58,057 nucleotides of DNA from a virus (IMGVR_UViG_3300044841_000028:1-58057), one strand, 5' to 3'; shown: positions 1 to 15,979, counted from the first letter of the stretch. The notes: generated from the sequence alone by a model not told the origin. Translations and numbers: made by a program.

Positions 1-54
1 TTGGTTGTTTCCCGGGGGGCCCCCCCCCGGGGGGCGGGGGGGCCCCCCCCCCGG
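1..54. other. Low-quality contig end; overlaps 58014-58057 and corresponds to a GC hairpin insertion in the minor tail gene
   Basis: Positions 1-44 align without gaps to 58014-58057 (ttggttgt, C run, G run) with substitution noise. Confidence 0.8.
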
Positions 55-1190
55 CGACTTGCCGCCTATGACCAACTGCCACCCTTGGGGGTGGTGGTCG
101 ACGATCTCGAAGGACTCCATCGGGCCGTGCGGATGGTCGATCAGCACAGCCCACGGAGGAACGAAGTTCACACCCAACACCGGTGCGATGAACACACCTT
201 CGGGCGCGTACTCCCCCTGAGGGTTGAGGAAGGGGTCGAGGACGCCGCCGAGGACGCCGCCCTCGACATTGATTAGCTGCGTGAGGATTCCATCCAGGAA
301 CGTTCCGGTTGGTCCGGTGACGCCTGAGCGGTCGGTCACCTTCACGACGTAGGTGGGGACCTTCAGGTTGCACCACTCATCGGGCTGCGGATCACCCACC
401 CGCCACAGTTCGACTTCGACGGTGATGCCGTAGGCCTTGATGAGTTTGTCTATCGCCGCCTGGACGGTGTCCATCCGGAAGTTGCCCTCTATGAACGGGC
501 TCGGATCGAACAGCGGGTTGTGGTGCACCACGTAGACGGGGGTGGTGAGCATCTCGAGGATGTCACCATTGGATGAAAGCCAGGTTCCGAACCACGCCCG
601 CAGGTCAGGATTTAGTGAGAGGGCATTGTTGACCAGTTCCCACAGGCCGGTCTGAATCCGAAATGCTTGCTCGGCGATCATGATTTCGATGACCGAGCAG
701 ATCGGGCCGATGAACACGGCGTGGGACGGCACTTGCACTTGGATGGGAAGCAGAAAGTTTGGCCATACGAGCAGGTACGACAAAATCTCGGAGATGCCGA
801 AGCACTTCACCGTGACAGTACGAAGCCGGTTGTCGAGTTTGTAGGAGGCGGTGTCGACGACGCACGCCCACTTCAGATTCCCGACGACGATCTCCACGCC
901 GACGAGCTCGACGCGGCACTTCCGAACGTACTTCTTCAACCAAGAATCACCCGGCAGAACCAACTCAGCTGTCGGGACACCATTGCGGGGCTTCGCTGCC
1001 TGCAGGGAGATGCGGTCTCCCGCTTCACCGATGCGCTTCCAGTACTTGTCGCAGACGTAGACGACGACTTCCCGCGCGTCGACCTCTTGGAGGTAGGCGG
1101 CCATCTCCGCCGCGGAGACGATTCTGAAGGGATCGTCGGAGCTGAGTCCATCTGCGATCTGGGGGGCCAGATCGCTTGACAGTTGACTCA

Positions 1191-1191
<1 letters not shown>
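52..1191 (-). CDS. Minor tail protein (tail tip/hub type), N-terminal 380 codons; continues across the window junction
   Basis: Not in the ORF track because it runs off the edge. ATG at 1191 overlaps the Dit stop (TGATG). Hand translation is open from MSQLSSDLAPQ to HHPQGWQLVIGGKSP, typical of the mycobacteriophage gene after Dit. Confidence 0.9.
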
Positions 1192-6894
<5,703 letters not shown>

Positions 6895-7402
6895 ATCCGC
6901 CTTCTCACGCTCCGCCAACTTCTCCGCGAGCTTCTTCACCCGGTCGGCGAACTCAGACGACTTGCCCTTCGCCGCCTTGAACTCCTCGTAGCCCTCTTCG
7001 CCAAGGAGGGCGATCACCAGTTGGATGTTGTAGTTCGGAACGACCAACTGCCCATCGGTTTGGTACGGCTGAAGGAACCCGGTGCCCTTGATGACACTCG
7101 GGGGGTATTCGGTGACGACCTCAGTCCCATCGGGATCCTTGGCGGTCACCGTTCTTCCGGGGAGCTCGCCGTCGGGGACCTTGTCACACTTGGAGAACTT
7201 GAAGTTCAGTGCGTCGAACCGTTCCTGCTGATCGTCGTCCAACAAACCAACGTTGGGCACGCCAAATGGAACCCCCGTAGGGGTGGTGTAGGTTTCGTCG
7301 GCGGTGAACCCGTCAAGCTCCTGGGCTTGGTCCCGCGCATCCTGAACCGAGGATTCCCGGCGGGCCTTCGCGGCCTCGATCTCATTCAGTAGATCACTCA
7401 TG

Positions 7403-7482
7403 GGGCTGTTCCTTTCATGGGCTGTTGGGGCTGTTGAAGACTCATCGGGTGGGCGCACAGCCCAGCACGCCCACCCGATGAG
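7403..7482 (-). promoter_or_regulatory. Structured leader: 15-bp stem hairpin plus three AACAGCCC repeats around the chaperone RBS
   Basis: ctcatcgggtgggcg/cgcccacccgatgag stem 7441-7482; gggctgtt at 7403, 7419 and 7428. Confidence 0.6.
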
Positions 7483-7486
7483 CGAC

Positions 7487-8494
7487 TTATGCGGTGGTGG
7501 CGATGTTCGACGACGACGACGTACCGGTCAGCGCGGAATCCGAGGTGGCCTTCACGCGGAACTTGTACGCAGTGGCCGTCGTCAACGACGTCACACCGAT
7601 CGTGACGGTGGTACCGACGATCGTGGTGGTGCCTTGCGTGGCAGTGGTCCACGACGAGTACGGCGACACGGACTTCTCCACCACGTAGGTGAACTCGTCG
7701 GGTGCCGGGTCGGTCGGCAGGATCGGCGTCGTGAACGCCACCGTTGCACTGGTGGCACCCGTCTGGGTGGCGACGGGAGCCGAACCCGGGAACGACGGTG
7801 TGCCGGCCTGATTGCGCCAGCCTTCGCCCTCACGGACGATGTACACCGGGGTATCGGCGTACGGGCACGGCAGCGCCCCGTACGTCAACTCCAGGTCGTC
7901 GGGGTCCTTCTTGTTCAGCTGCGTCTTGCCGACCTTCTTGCGCGCTACGCGGGGGAACACGTAGGCGAAGTGGAAGGTGCCGTCCTCGGCGAGGGCGACG
8001 ATCTGGCGTTCGATTAGGTTGGCGTTCATCGGCTTCGCGAGGCTGTACCCCGATGCACCCGCATCCGGTACGGAGATGAGTGGCATGTCGAAGCGCAGCA
8101 GGTCGACGACGGGATTGGATTCCCGGCACGTCCACATCACTTCGTCGTCTTCGTCGGTGATGTCCCACCGCTGCGACCTGCGGGCCTGGGCGACCTTCAC
8201 GCCCTCAACTGACACGTTGGGGGTGATGGACACTCCGTCGTCCTTCAGGGCGCCGACGTCGTAGAACTGGCCGCCCGGGAAGTCGGGGTCCAAAAGGTCG
8301 TCGCGGTAGAACCCGTCAGTGGCGTACGGGGTGAACAGTCCGTTGGCGTTCAGGCCAACGGCAGCGTCGCGGAGGTTCGTCAGGACGCCGTGGTAGTCGC
8401 GGGCTAAAACATTGGTGATGATGCCCTTGCGGATGCCGAGCGGGTTGAAGCCATACGCTGCTTCCCACTCAACACCGGTACTTGGCAGGGTCAT
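7487..8494 (-). CDS. Major tail (tube) protein with C-terminal FN3/Ig-like domain
   Basis: Synteny; strong RBS; C-terminus SLTTATAYKFRVKA is FN3-like. Confidence 0.9.
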   Translation of the reverse strand: MTLPSTGVEWEAAYGFNPLGIRKGIITNVLARDYHGVLTNLRDAAVGLNANGLFTPYATDGFYRDDLLDPDFPGGQFYDVGALKDDGVSITPNVSVEGVKVAQARRSQRWDITDEDDEVMWTCRESNPVVDLLRFDMPLISVPDAGASGYSLAKPMNANLIERQIVALAEDGTFHFAYVFPRVARKKVGKTQLNKKDPDDLELTYGALPCPYADTPVYIVREGEGWRNQAGTPSFPGSAPVATQTGATSATVAFTTPILPTDPAPDEFTYVVEKSVSPYSSWTTATQGTTTIVGTTVTIGVTSLTTATAYKFRVKATSDSALTGTSSSSNIATTA

Positions 8495-8578
8495 TCGCTG
8501 TTCCTTTCGTGGAATGCCCTCTGTGCGGGCAGCACTGATCCACCGAGGTCGGGCTCGGTGGAGTCTTGGGGGGCTGTT

Positions 8579-9010
8579 TTAGACGGCGACCATGCGCAGG
8601 TCCACCGCGTATCGGGAGACGAAACGTTGAATCTTGGTGTTGTCGCCGTAGGAGAGCCAGTGCGGCGACACCGACGTGGTGACGGAGTCCGCATAGGCGA
8701 CACCAGTGGAGATGGTGACGCGGCGTTGAGGCGCCAAGGGGGGGCCAAGCGCCAACATGCGTCTACGGGTCAGGCGGGCTTGTGCCTCAACGAGTTCCAA
8801 GGTGGCTGCGTAGTCGTCGATTTGGTAGATGCCGTGGTCGGTGATCTTGTCATCCGATCCACCAACGATTGAGACCATGGAGAACGGCACCCCATCAAGA
8901 ATGTCCTTCGCGGGGCCGACGTCCCTACCGTCAATATCCTTCAACGGCACCAGCCAAGCGATGAGTAGTTCGATCCCGGAAGGGGTGTCGGAGAACAGTT
9001 CAACCGTCAT
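8579..9010 (-). CDS. Tail terminator protein
   Basis: ELLIAWL...VGGSDD...RY motif pattern and position before major tail; start re-called at ATG 9010. Confidence 0.75.
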   Translation of the reverse strand: MTVELFSDTPSGIELLIAWLVPLKDIDGRDVGPAKDILDGVPFSMVSIVGGSDDKITDHGIYQIDDYAATLELVEAQARLTRRRMLALGPPLAPQRRVTISTGVAYADSVTTSVSPHWLSYGDNTKIQRFVSRYAVDLRMVAV

Positions 9011-9369
9011 ACGTCGACACTGGATTCGTCGCCGCCGAACTCTGCGGCTGTCTTGGCCCTTGGCGCGAAGGCGGGGGTTGGGGTGTTGGGGCCGAATCGC
9101 GAATGGCTGCCTGGCTTGTCGGGGCCAGTACCAAACTCGATCAAATGTGCGTACCACGCCCTGGCGATAATCCTTTTGGCGGGGAATCCGTCGATGTCGG
9201 GGCGGTCCACAACAGTGATGGATGCCGCGTAGTTACCGGTCCTCACTGGTGAGTGAGATACCCACACGGCTTTGACCTGCTCCGCTTCGGCATCGAGTTC
9301 CTGCCTTACCTTGGCCTGCCTGCGGGACTTGGCGCGGATCTCCTGGTAGATGCTTTCCTCGGTGGACAT
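9007..9369 (-). CDS. HK97 gp10-like neck/tail completion protein
   Basis: SPVRTGNY...AHLIEFGT motif. Confidence 0.8.
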   Translation of the reverse strand: MSTEESIYQEIRAKSRRQAKVRQELDAEAEQVKAVWVSHSPVRTGNYAASITVVDRPDIDGFPAKRIIARAWYAHLIEFGTGPDKPGSHSRFGPNTPTPAFAPRAKTAAEFGGDESSVDV

Positions 9370-9749
9370 CAGTCACTCGTATGCGTGAGACGCTCGATGG
9401 CCTCGAGCAGTTCGGCCTTCTTGAGGTGGTCGGCGATGTCAGATGCGACACCCAAGCCCTTGGCGACGTCTCGCAACTCATCAACGGTGTGAGCCTTGAG
9501 TGGCTTCTCGCCCTCCGGCTCGTCGGCGAGTTCGACTGGAGACTCTTCAGCCCTGCCGTCACCAATCGTGATGTCGCCGTCGAGAATCGTGCCAGTCTTG
9601 CCTTCAATGCCGGTGTGCTGAATCTTGCCTGCGGCCAACAACTCCGCCGCCCGGTCCTCAGGCAGCTCTACCGAAGCGCCTGGCCGGTACATCTTGGACG
9701 ACGACCCATCCTCAGATGGGATGACTACTGGTCGAATCACTTGATACAC
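9369..9749 (-). CDS. Hypothetical protein with C-terminal Rho-N/HeH-like helical domain
   Basis: TVDELRDVAKGLGV...LKKAELLEAI. Confidence 0.65.
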   Translation of the reverse strand: MYQVIRPVVIPSEDGSSSKMYRPGASVELPEDRAAELLAAGKIQHTGIEGKTGTILDGDITIGDGRAEESPVELADEPEGEKPLKAHTVDELRDVAKGLGVASDIADHLKKAELLEAIERLTHTSD

Positions 9750-9758
9750 GATGGCTCC

Positions 9759-10094
9759 TTACGATGCCTGCAGCTGGCAGGTGATCCTCACGTGATTGAT
9801 GACCCCGTACCGATCTGGAAATGCCTCTACGCCCGTTATCTGGTACGTGTCAGTGCCATAGTCCAATTCGTCAGCGGCAGTGGCGTTCAACGTGGCGTTG
9901 ACCGGGGGGGCCGTGCAGCGCCACACTTGAGTGCTGACATCCGTCAGGGTCGTAACCTCAGTCGACCTGAACGGACGCATGAGACATCCAGTCACGGTGA
10001 CCTCAGTCGGAACGAGATTTGGCTGATTGAGACGGTTGCGGGTATCACCGTTGGTGAGCGACCGCAAAATCACCGCCTGGCTTCCTAGAAGCAT
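9759..10094 (-). CDS. Head-to-tail stopper
   Basis: Synteny; VTGCLMRP and YQITG motifs. Confidence 0.75.
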   Translation of the reverse strand: MLLGSQAVILRSLTNGDTRNRLNQPNLVPTEVTVTGCLMRPFRSTEVTTLTDVSTQVWRCTAPPVNATLNATAADELDYGTDTYQITGVEAFPDRYGVINHVRITCQLQAS

Positions 10095-10525
10095 CTTGGC
10101 GGAAGCCTCCGCGGAACCCACGGAGCCACTGGGATCGTCCCGACTAGTCGTTTGACACGCGGAAGCCTTACGGACCTCAGTTCGGCGCTGGTGAACGTCA
10201 CGCCGAAAGTTGCCTTCCCGTAGCCGAAAGTTCGGGACTCGGTGACATCATCGACGGTATTGCTCCACTGCGTTGCCCCATCGGGATTCCGATAGAGGTG
10301 CAGCACCTTCTCGCACACAAGGGTTTTCACCCGCGCCAACCTCGCGGCTCCGCTCGCGTCGGCCAATTCGCCGATCACATTGGCTAACTCCTCCAACGAT
10401 GGAACTAGGCCCATGAGTGCGGCCTCCACGTCGTCGATGCGGGTGTCCACCCACGCCGTCCGGTCATCGGGGATCGTCCCCTCGAACCGATCAGTCACAT
10501 CGGACACCTCCGCGAAGCGGCCCAT
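10085..10525 (-). CDS. Head-to-tail adaptor
   Basis: FAEVSDV...VLHLYRNPDG signature. Confidence 0.8.
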   Translation of the reverse strand: MGRFAEVSDVTDRFEGTIPDDRTAWVDTRIDDVEAALMGLVPSLEELANVIGELADASGAARLARVKTLVCEKVLHLYRNPDGATQWSNTVDDVTESRTFGYGKATFGVTFTSAELRSVRLPRVKRLVGTIPVAPWVPRRLPPRCF

Positions 10526-10833
10526 CAGACCTCGACGCCCGCCTCTTCACACGCAGCGATGATGTCGTCGCGGGAAGCGTCCGCTTCAACGTCAACACCG
10601 TTGGATTCGGCGTAAGCCGCCCACACCTTGGCGCCGGAACCCTTACCCGCGTGGGGCGGAGGCCCATCGGACGAGTCCTTCGACTCGTCCGATGCGGCTT
10701 CCGTCTTCTCACCGATGACCAGCGGGTTGGTGACCAGCTTCTCCGCCCACTCCGGGAACTCAGACCCGGGCGGGAAGGATTGCGTGACGCCGTCCTTCAG
10801 AAAGTGGACGGTGAACTCGCTGGCGTTACGCAT
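10525..10833 (-). CDS. Conserved hypothetical protein after capsid gene
   Basis: Coupled to capsid stop; PPPHAGKGS..W..YA...RDDIIA motif common in actinophages. Confidence 0.7.
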   Translation of the reverse strand: MRNASEFTVHFLKDGVTQSFPPGSEFPEWAEKLVTNPLVIGEKTEAASDESKDSSDGPPPHAGKGSGAKVWAAYAESNGVDVEADASRDDIIAACEEAGVEV

Positions 10834-11870
10834 CAGGCGACCGTGGCGACGAGCAGCTTGCGCGGATCAGCCAACACAGGCAGAACCACACCATCGACGA
10901 ACGTCCGCTTCTGGAACGGCGGCTGCTCCTCACGAACCAACATGCCGATCAGACCAGCAGCGGTCTGGACCTGAATGTTGTTCGCATTCAACTCCATCAC
11001 CGTGGTCGGGGTGCCCCACGCAGTAAAGCCCAGGGTCGACAGATCGTCCGGGAGGAACAGGAACTTGTTCGCCGCGATCGGCCGGGTAGTGACACCGTCG
11101 ACGTCGAAGAAGCTGTTGTACACCGAATCCATGCCGATCGACGGCAACCCGTACGAGTTGAACAGCGTCGAGATGTCCTCCAACGTGACGTTGGTGACGC
11201 CGGTCTGAGCACCCTTGATCTGGTTGATCAGATGCACGTTCGCCTGCAGCTGGCGTGCGGTGGTCAGCGAGCACTTGAACTGCCCCGGACCACTGCCGTT
11301 GGTGGCGACGTAGATGTCGTACCAGGCAATCAGATCCGTAAGGGGGTTCGAGTTGGCGGTGTCCGACCACAACGTGCCGGCGGTGACCAGCTGGTTGGAC
11401 GGGATGCCGTAATCGACCTGCTGTTGCACGCCGTTTTCGTTGATGGTGAGCACACCATCGGAGAGCACGTCGCCCCACGCCAACTCCACCCGGTTCTGGG
11501 CGTAGCGGGTGAGGTTCTCGAGATCGTTGTAGATGGCGTCCACCAGAATCGACTGAATGGTTCCGCCGTAGCGGGCCATCTCGATCTGCCGGCGCTCGTA
11601 CTCGCCGACACCCAACTGACCGCCCAGGGGAAGCATGCGGACACGCTTCTCCAGACCGGTGTCACGCGGCGCCACCCAGAAGTTGCCGTCCCAGTTGCGG
11701 AACTTCGCAGCCCGGTTGGTACGCGTGATGACGGCCAGGTCGATCTCGTCGGTCGTGTACGTCTTCGGCGGGAACGCCAGCGTCAGCGCGTTGTTCGACG
11801 GCAGCGGGACTTGCTGAACGAACGTAATGACATCTTCAAGTGGCAATGGGCCATCAAGGAAGAGAGACAT
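10833..11870 (-). CDS. Major capsid protein (lambda E-like family)
   Basis: 345 aa, VDYGIP...W...NPLTDL pattern, follows decoration protein. Confidence 0.9.
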   Translation of the reverse strand: MSLFLDGPLPLEDVITFVQQVPLPSNNALTLAFPPKTYTTDEIDLAVITRTNRAAKFRNWDGNFWVAPRDTGLEKRVRMLPLGGQLGVGEYERRQIEMARYGGTIQSILVDAIYNDLENLTRYAQNRVELAWGDVLSDGVLTINENGVQQQVDYGIPSNQLVTAGTLWSDTANSNPLTDLIAWYDIYVATNGSGPGQFKCSLTTARQLQANVHLINQIKGAQTGVTNVTLEDISTLFNSYGLPSIGMDSVYNSFFDVDGVTTRPIAANKFLFLPDDLSTLGFTAWGTPTTVMELNANNIQVQTAAGLIGMLVREEQPPFQKRTFVDGVVLPVLADPRKLLVATVA

Positions 11871-11891
11871 ATCTGTTTACCTTTCTTCTTC

Positions 11892-12620
11892 TCAGGCTTC
11901 GAAGCGGAGCTGAGCCAGGTCCGCTTTGCCGTTGGCGTCGATGGAACCCGGGCCAGCTTGGAACGGGAGTTTGGACGAGGCGATGGCAGCGTCGTAGACG
12001 ACGGCGCCGGTGCCGACCTTGCTTGCGGTGGTGCCGTTCTGGCGGATCGCCCGAACGTCGCCGTACGTCAGGCCGTACGCGGTCTGACGGCCGTCAGAGG
12101 CAGAGTCGTCGTATGGGCCGTAGAGGCTCGTCGCGGTGACCTTCCCGATGACCGTGCCCGATGGGATGAACCCGTTCGGGTAATGCGCAACCACACCGCC
12201 GGTAGCGGTGGTGACCGCCGACGCAGGTGAGGAACCGCCGGTCAGGGATGCACCGGAGGTGGTCATAGGCGCCACGTTCGTTCCCGCCAGGGCGCCTTGG
12301 AAGGTCACCGTGTAGGGGCCGGAACCGGACACGGACACGTTGCCCGCACCGATGCTCGCGAGAGCGACGAGCGCGGACTGCACCGCCGAGGCAGCCGCGT
12401 TGAACGCGATACCCGCCGTGGTGTTGCCGCCGTAGGTGAGGGTGAACGTGCCACCCGTCGGGGAGCCGGTGATCGTGACGGTCTGAACCTCGTTGGTCGC
12501 CGAAGCGACGAACAGCGAGATATCCAACGTCACATTGAACTTGACGTCCGGCTCGGCGAGAAGCCACTGCCGGTTGCCGACCTGATACGAGGTCGACTGC
12601 AACGAAATGTCTGTAGACAC
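11892..12620 (-). CDS. Head decoration protein with inserted NEVQ...LTGG domain
   Basis: IPSGTVIGK...YGPYD...DGRQTA motif; between scaffold and capsid. Confidence 0.8.
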   Translation of the reverse strand: MSTDISLQSTSYQVGNRQWLLAEPDVKFNVTLDISLFVASATNEVQTVTITGSPTGGTFTLTYGGNTTAGIAFNAAASAVQSALVALASIGAGNVSVSGSGPYTVTFQGALAGTNVAPMTTSGASLTGGSSPASAVTTATGGVVAHYPNGFIPSGTVIGKVTATSLYGPYDDSASDGRQTAYGLTYGDVRAIRQNGTTASKVGTGAVVYDAAIASSKLPFQAGPGSIDANGKADLAQLRFEA

Positions 12621-12637
12621 TTGTGCATTCCTTTCGT

Positions 12638-13270
12638 TTAAGTGGTTTTGGTGCCGAAGCGTTTCAGGGCTTCAGCGGAACCGGCAGCGCCGGGGTTGCT
12701 CCGTGGCGGAGGTGAGAACTGGCCGAAGTTCTGATGACGCGGGCCAGCTTGAGACGCCGTGGCGGTGTCCCCGTACATAGCGGTGAGGTAACCCATCACC
12801 TTCGTTTCGTCCACTGCGCCTTTGTCATCCACCAGGGCGGCGGGATTGACGAGAGCCATGAACGCGTTCAACTTGTCGCCCTGGATCACCGACGCGGCGA
12901 TCCCTTGGACCTGAAGCTTCTGTATCTGTGGCAGATACTCCGCTTTCGCAGCCTCGGAAGCGGCACTGGCCGCTTCCGTGCGGGCTGCTGCGACTGCTTT
13001 TTCATCAGCGGTCATCTTCTCGGCCGCAAACGCTTCGTTCTGCGCTTGCAGGTCTTTGACCTGCTGAGGGGTTAAGCCGTTGAACGCCTTGACGGTGTCC
13101 TCGTGCTTACGCGCATAGTGCTGCCAGTAGGCCGCTTTCTGCGCGTCGTTCATCTCCGCCAGCGGTGTTCCTTCAGGGAATCCCTTGTCGGCGGCCGGTG
13201 GCCCAGCTGGAACCACTGGAGGTGCTTCTGGGGATGCTGGGGGTGCTGGAACGACAACTGGTTCGGTCAC
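12638..13270 (-). CDS. Scaffolding protein
   Basis: YWQHYARKHE motif, Ala/Glu/Lys coiled coil, synteny. Confidence 0.85.
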   Translation of the reverse strand: MTEPVVVPAPPASPEAPPVVPAGPPAADKGFPEGTPLAEMNDAQKAAYWQHYARKHEDTVKAFNGLTPQQVKDLQAQNEAFAAEKMTADEKAVAAARTEAASAASEAAKAEYLPQIQKLQVQGIAASVIQGDKLNAFMALVNPAALVDDKGAVDETKVMGYLTAMYGDTATASQAGPRHQNFGQFSPPPRSNPGAAGSAEALKRFGTKTT

Positions 13271-13340
13271 TTTGCATTTCTCCTGTGTCAGGAAGGTGAT
13301 GCAGCCGTGGCGGCTGCATCGAGCCCCCGAGCGGGGGAAG

Positions 13341-14456
13341 TCAGGCGGATGTCAGTTCGCCGCGGAGGCGGGCGATCTGACTCAGGTGATAGGTGATCTG
13401 CGACGAGTTCTCCGCGAACCCTTGACTGCGGAGGTTTTCGAGGCTCGCTTCCAGTCCGGGTAGGAGACGTCTCGCTATGTCGCTCTTGGACTCAACGGGT
13501 TTCGGTGCGGAGTTCTCGGCGCTGTAGTACGGCACCGTCTCGCCCTTGATGCGAGTGAGGACGGGTCCGAGTTCGTGATGGTCGACGAGTTCGTAGCGGG
13601 TCTTCTTCAACCTCGCGTTGTAGGTAGACCCGGCTTGGTCATACAGCTTGTCGAGGTCGGCGCGGTTCAACAGGTCGCCGGCGTCGTGCCGATCGGTGAT
13701 TGGGGCGATGGAGCAGTTGCACCCGGCGTGGATCGGCTTCAACTCATGAATCTTGTATCGCCGCGAGGACGCCGCCACGCACATCCCGCACACGCCACCC
13801 TTGGCCAGTTCTGGATGGATGACTCTGCGGTACCCGTGAACCCGTTTGTCCAAATCGTTGACGGCGGACAGCGTCTGCTGCTCGGCGAGTCGTTGGGCGA
13901 GGATCAGGTTGCCGTCAACGATGGCCGCGATCCGCTTCGTGGTGGCGGTTTGAGCCTGTGAGTCATCGGCACCGGCCGACTTCTCATACCTGTAGGTTTT
14001 TGCGGCCCGATCAAAAATTTGATCCGGTTCGGCATCCGACTTCGTCACGGTCTGCTCAACGGTCTTCGGATCTTCGACCGTGGACTTAGCTGGTTCCTGA
14101 TACTCAACGGTCGCATCGCTTTTGGCGTGAACAACCGGTTGCTTACCGCCAAAGGTGACCGACTGGCCGCGGACGTTGTCCGGGATCGTCACAGCCGGGT
14201 TCTGATTGATCCCCACCGCCCGCAACTGCATCAACTGTGCCCCGGCATGTGCGTTCGCGACGGTCTTCTGGGACGAGATTAGTATTCGGCCGGCCTGGGC
14301 CTTGAACTTATCGACTTGTTGGTCGTCGTAGGGGTCTACCAGTTGCCACAGCGCGGTGATGATCTGTGCGGTGGCCGCCGAAACGTTGGCGGTGATCGTG
14401 GCAGCGCCGTTCAGTGCCAACGCCGCCACGGCTGCAGCGGCTAGCGGTGCGGTCAC
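13341..14456 (-). CDS. MuF-like minor head/capsid maturation protein
   Basis: GYRRVIHPE...CGMC...PIHAGCNC after portal. Confidence 0.8.
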   Translation of the reverse strand: MTAPLAAAAVAALALNGAATITANVSAATAQIITALWQLVDPYDDQQVDKFKAQAGRILISSQKTVANAHAGAQLMQLRAVGINQNPAVTIPDNVRGQSVTFGGKQPVVHAKSDATVEYQEPAKSTVEDPKTVEQTVTKSDAEPDQIFDRAAKTYRYEKSAGADDSQAQTATTKRIAAIVDGNLILAQRLAEQQTLSAVNDLDKRVHGYRRVIHPELAKGGVCGMCVAASSRRYKIHELKPIHAGCNCSIAPITDRHDAGDLLNRADLDKLYDQAGSTYNARLKKTRYELVDHHELGPVLTRIKGETVPYYSAENSAPKPVESKSDIARRLLPGLEASLENLRSQGFAENSSQITYHLSQIARLRGELTSA

Positions 14457-15970
14457 GGCACGCTAGGCGCGACGGGCTCAGGTTGGGGTTGGTTCGCCGA
14501 CGCGGTAGTTGTCTCGGTGACCCGAACCTGACCGGCAACAGCGGAACCCAACGCCATGTCCAGGATGGCGTCCTGCTGCAACTCTTGCTCGTTCTGCTGG
14601 ATCTCGTCCGGTGTCATCTCCATGACGTCCTGCAGAATCCGCGGCCGCGACATGATGCCCCGCAGCTTCGTCGAAGCATCCGCCCTCGCCGTGAGGGAGA
14701 ACGACTCGATCGGACCCCACAGCAACTCGATGTTCGCCGTGCGGTCCGATTCGCCGGCGAACGCGAAGGCCATCTTCCACAACTCCACCAAACGCGGATT
14801 CAGACGTGCCCGACGGTCTTTCACCTTGAACACCAAACCCTCACGCATCAGGGCAGCGCCCTCGGCGGAACCGTTCGCCGCATCGGGGGTGATCAAGTGC
14901 AAAGGGGTACTGGTGACGGCGGCAAATTCCTTCACGTCATCCCGGATGGCGGTGATCAACCCGGTCATGTCGGCCGGGTTTGACTCCCAGAACGTCGTCC
15001 CCGCCGGGACCTGCCACAGCGCACCAGGGTCTGCGGTAAAGACCGCATTCAGGTCGACCTGCTCAGCTTCGGCTTCGCCTTCACCCTCATCGTCACCCTC
15101 GAGGTCGCCGATCACGGCGCGCTGCTTGAACGACTGATATGCCGTGATGACGATCCGCTGCAGGATCGCATCGTTGATGCGGTCCAACAGGTCGAGGTGG
15201 GGCTCGAACTCCCCCAACCCCCGTGCATTGCACAGCTGCACGACGGGAACTCGCCCGATGCCCGCAAGTTCAGGAAGATCGACAGGTGGGCCATCCCAAT
15301 CGAACGATGCCGCAGTAAAACCTTGCTGGACGGCCAACGTTCCAGATGGTCCGGAAGCCTTGTACTGCTTCCCATCGTGGAACAACCACGCCACAGTCCG
15401 GCCTGCAACCGGGTCGTAGCCCAACTTCAGGGCGGCTTGTAACTGGTTGGGGTTCATCGGGTCCGGCTCACCAATGCAGAACCGGGGGTCCTCCGCCGTG
15501 ATCAACGGAGTCCGATCAGATGACCCTGGAGCAGCCGGAATGACCATCAAATATGATTCCGACATCACGAACAGGTACATGAACGCGTCTTTGATCGCCG
15601 CGGCGAAGTTCGAGTAGTTCATGATGCGCTTCGCGACGTCATCACCCTCGACGCCGTCCTGCACACCGGTACGAACCCCGTTGAGCTCCATGCGGTCCAA
15701 CATTGGGGTGATCGCCATCGGCGCATAGGTTGCGCGGCCTTTGCGCAGCACGTCGCGGAACGTATCGGTGTATTCATGCGCCACATGCGGCAACGGTGGG
15801 CACCCAATGTAGTACGACCACAGCATGTTCAACCGTTGACGGCGAGTCCGATAGATGCGCGGCTGCAGGAACAGTTCCTGCAGGTCATAGGTGGTGTCTC
15901 GCGCAATGAACTTCATGCACAGGTGGTTGAGCCACCATTCGGGAGTGCCTGGGACGTTATAGCCGTCCAC
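14453..15970 (-). CDS. Portal protein (SPP1 gp6-like)
   Basis: 505 aa after terL; GEFEPHLDLLDRIN, NGSAEGA motifs. Confidence 0.92.
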   Translation of the reverse strand: MDGYNVPGTPEWWLNHLCMKFIARDTTYDLQELFLQPRIYRTRRQRLNMLWSYYIGCPPLPHVAHEYTDTFRDVLRKGRATYAPMAITPMLDRMELNGVRTGVQDGVEGDDVAKRIMNYSNFAAAIKDAFMYLFVMSESYLMVIPAAPGSSDRTPLITAEDPRFCIGEPDPMNPNQLQAALKLGYDPVAGRTVAWLFHDGKQYKASGPSGTLAVQQGFTAASFDWDGPPVDLPELAGIGRVPVVQLCNARGLGEFEPHLDLLDRINDAILQRIVITAYQSFKQRAVIGDLEGDDEGEGEAEAEQVDLNAVFTADPGALWQVPAGTTFWESNPADMTGLITAIRDDVKEFAAVTSTPLHLITPDAANGSAEGAALMREGLVFKVKDRRARLNPRLVELWKMAFAFAGESDRTANIELLWGPIESFSLTARADASTKLRGIMSRPRILQDVMEMTPDEIQQNEQELQQDAILDMALGSAVAGQVRVTETTTASANQPQPEPVAPSVP

Positions 15971-15979
15971 GAAACCTCC

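Noticed and set aside
1-276. Plus-strand Pro/Gly-rich ORFs 1..276 and 5..220
   Set aside because: Arise from noisy G/C runs and lie antisense to the real tail gene.
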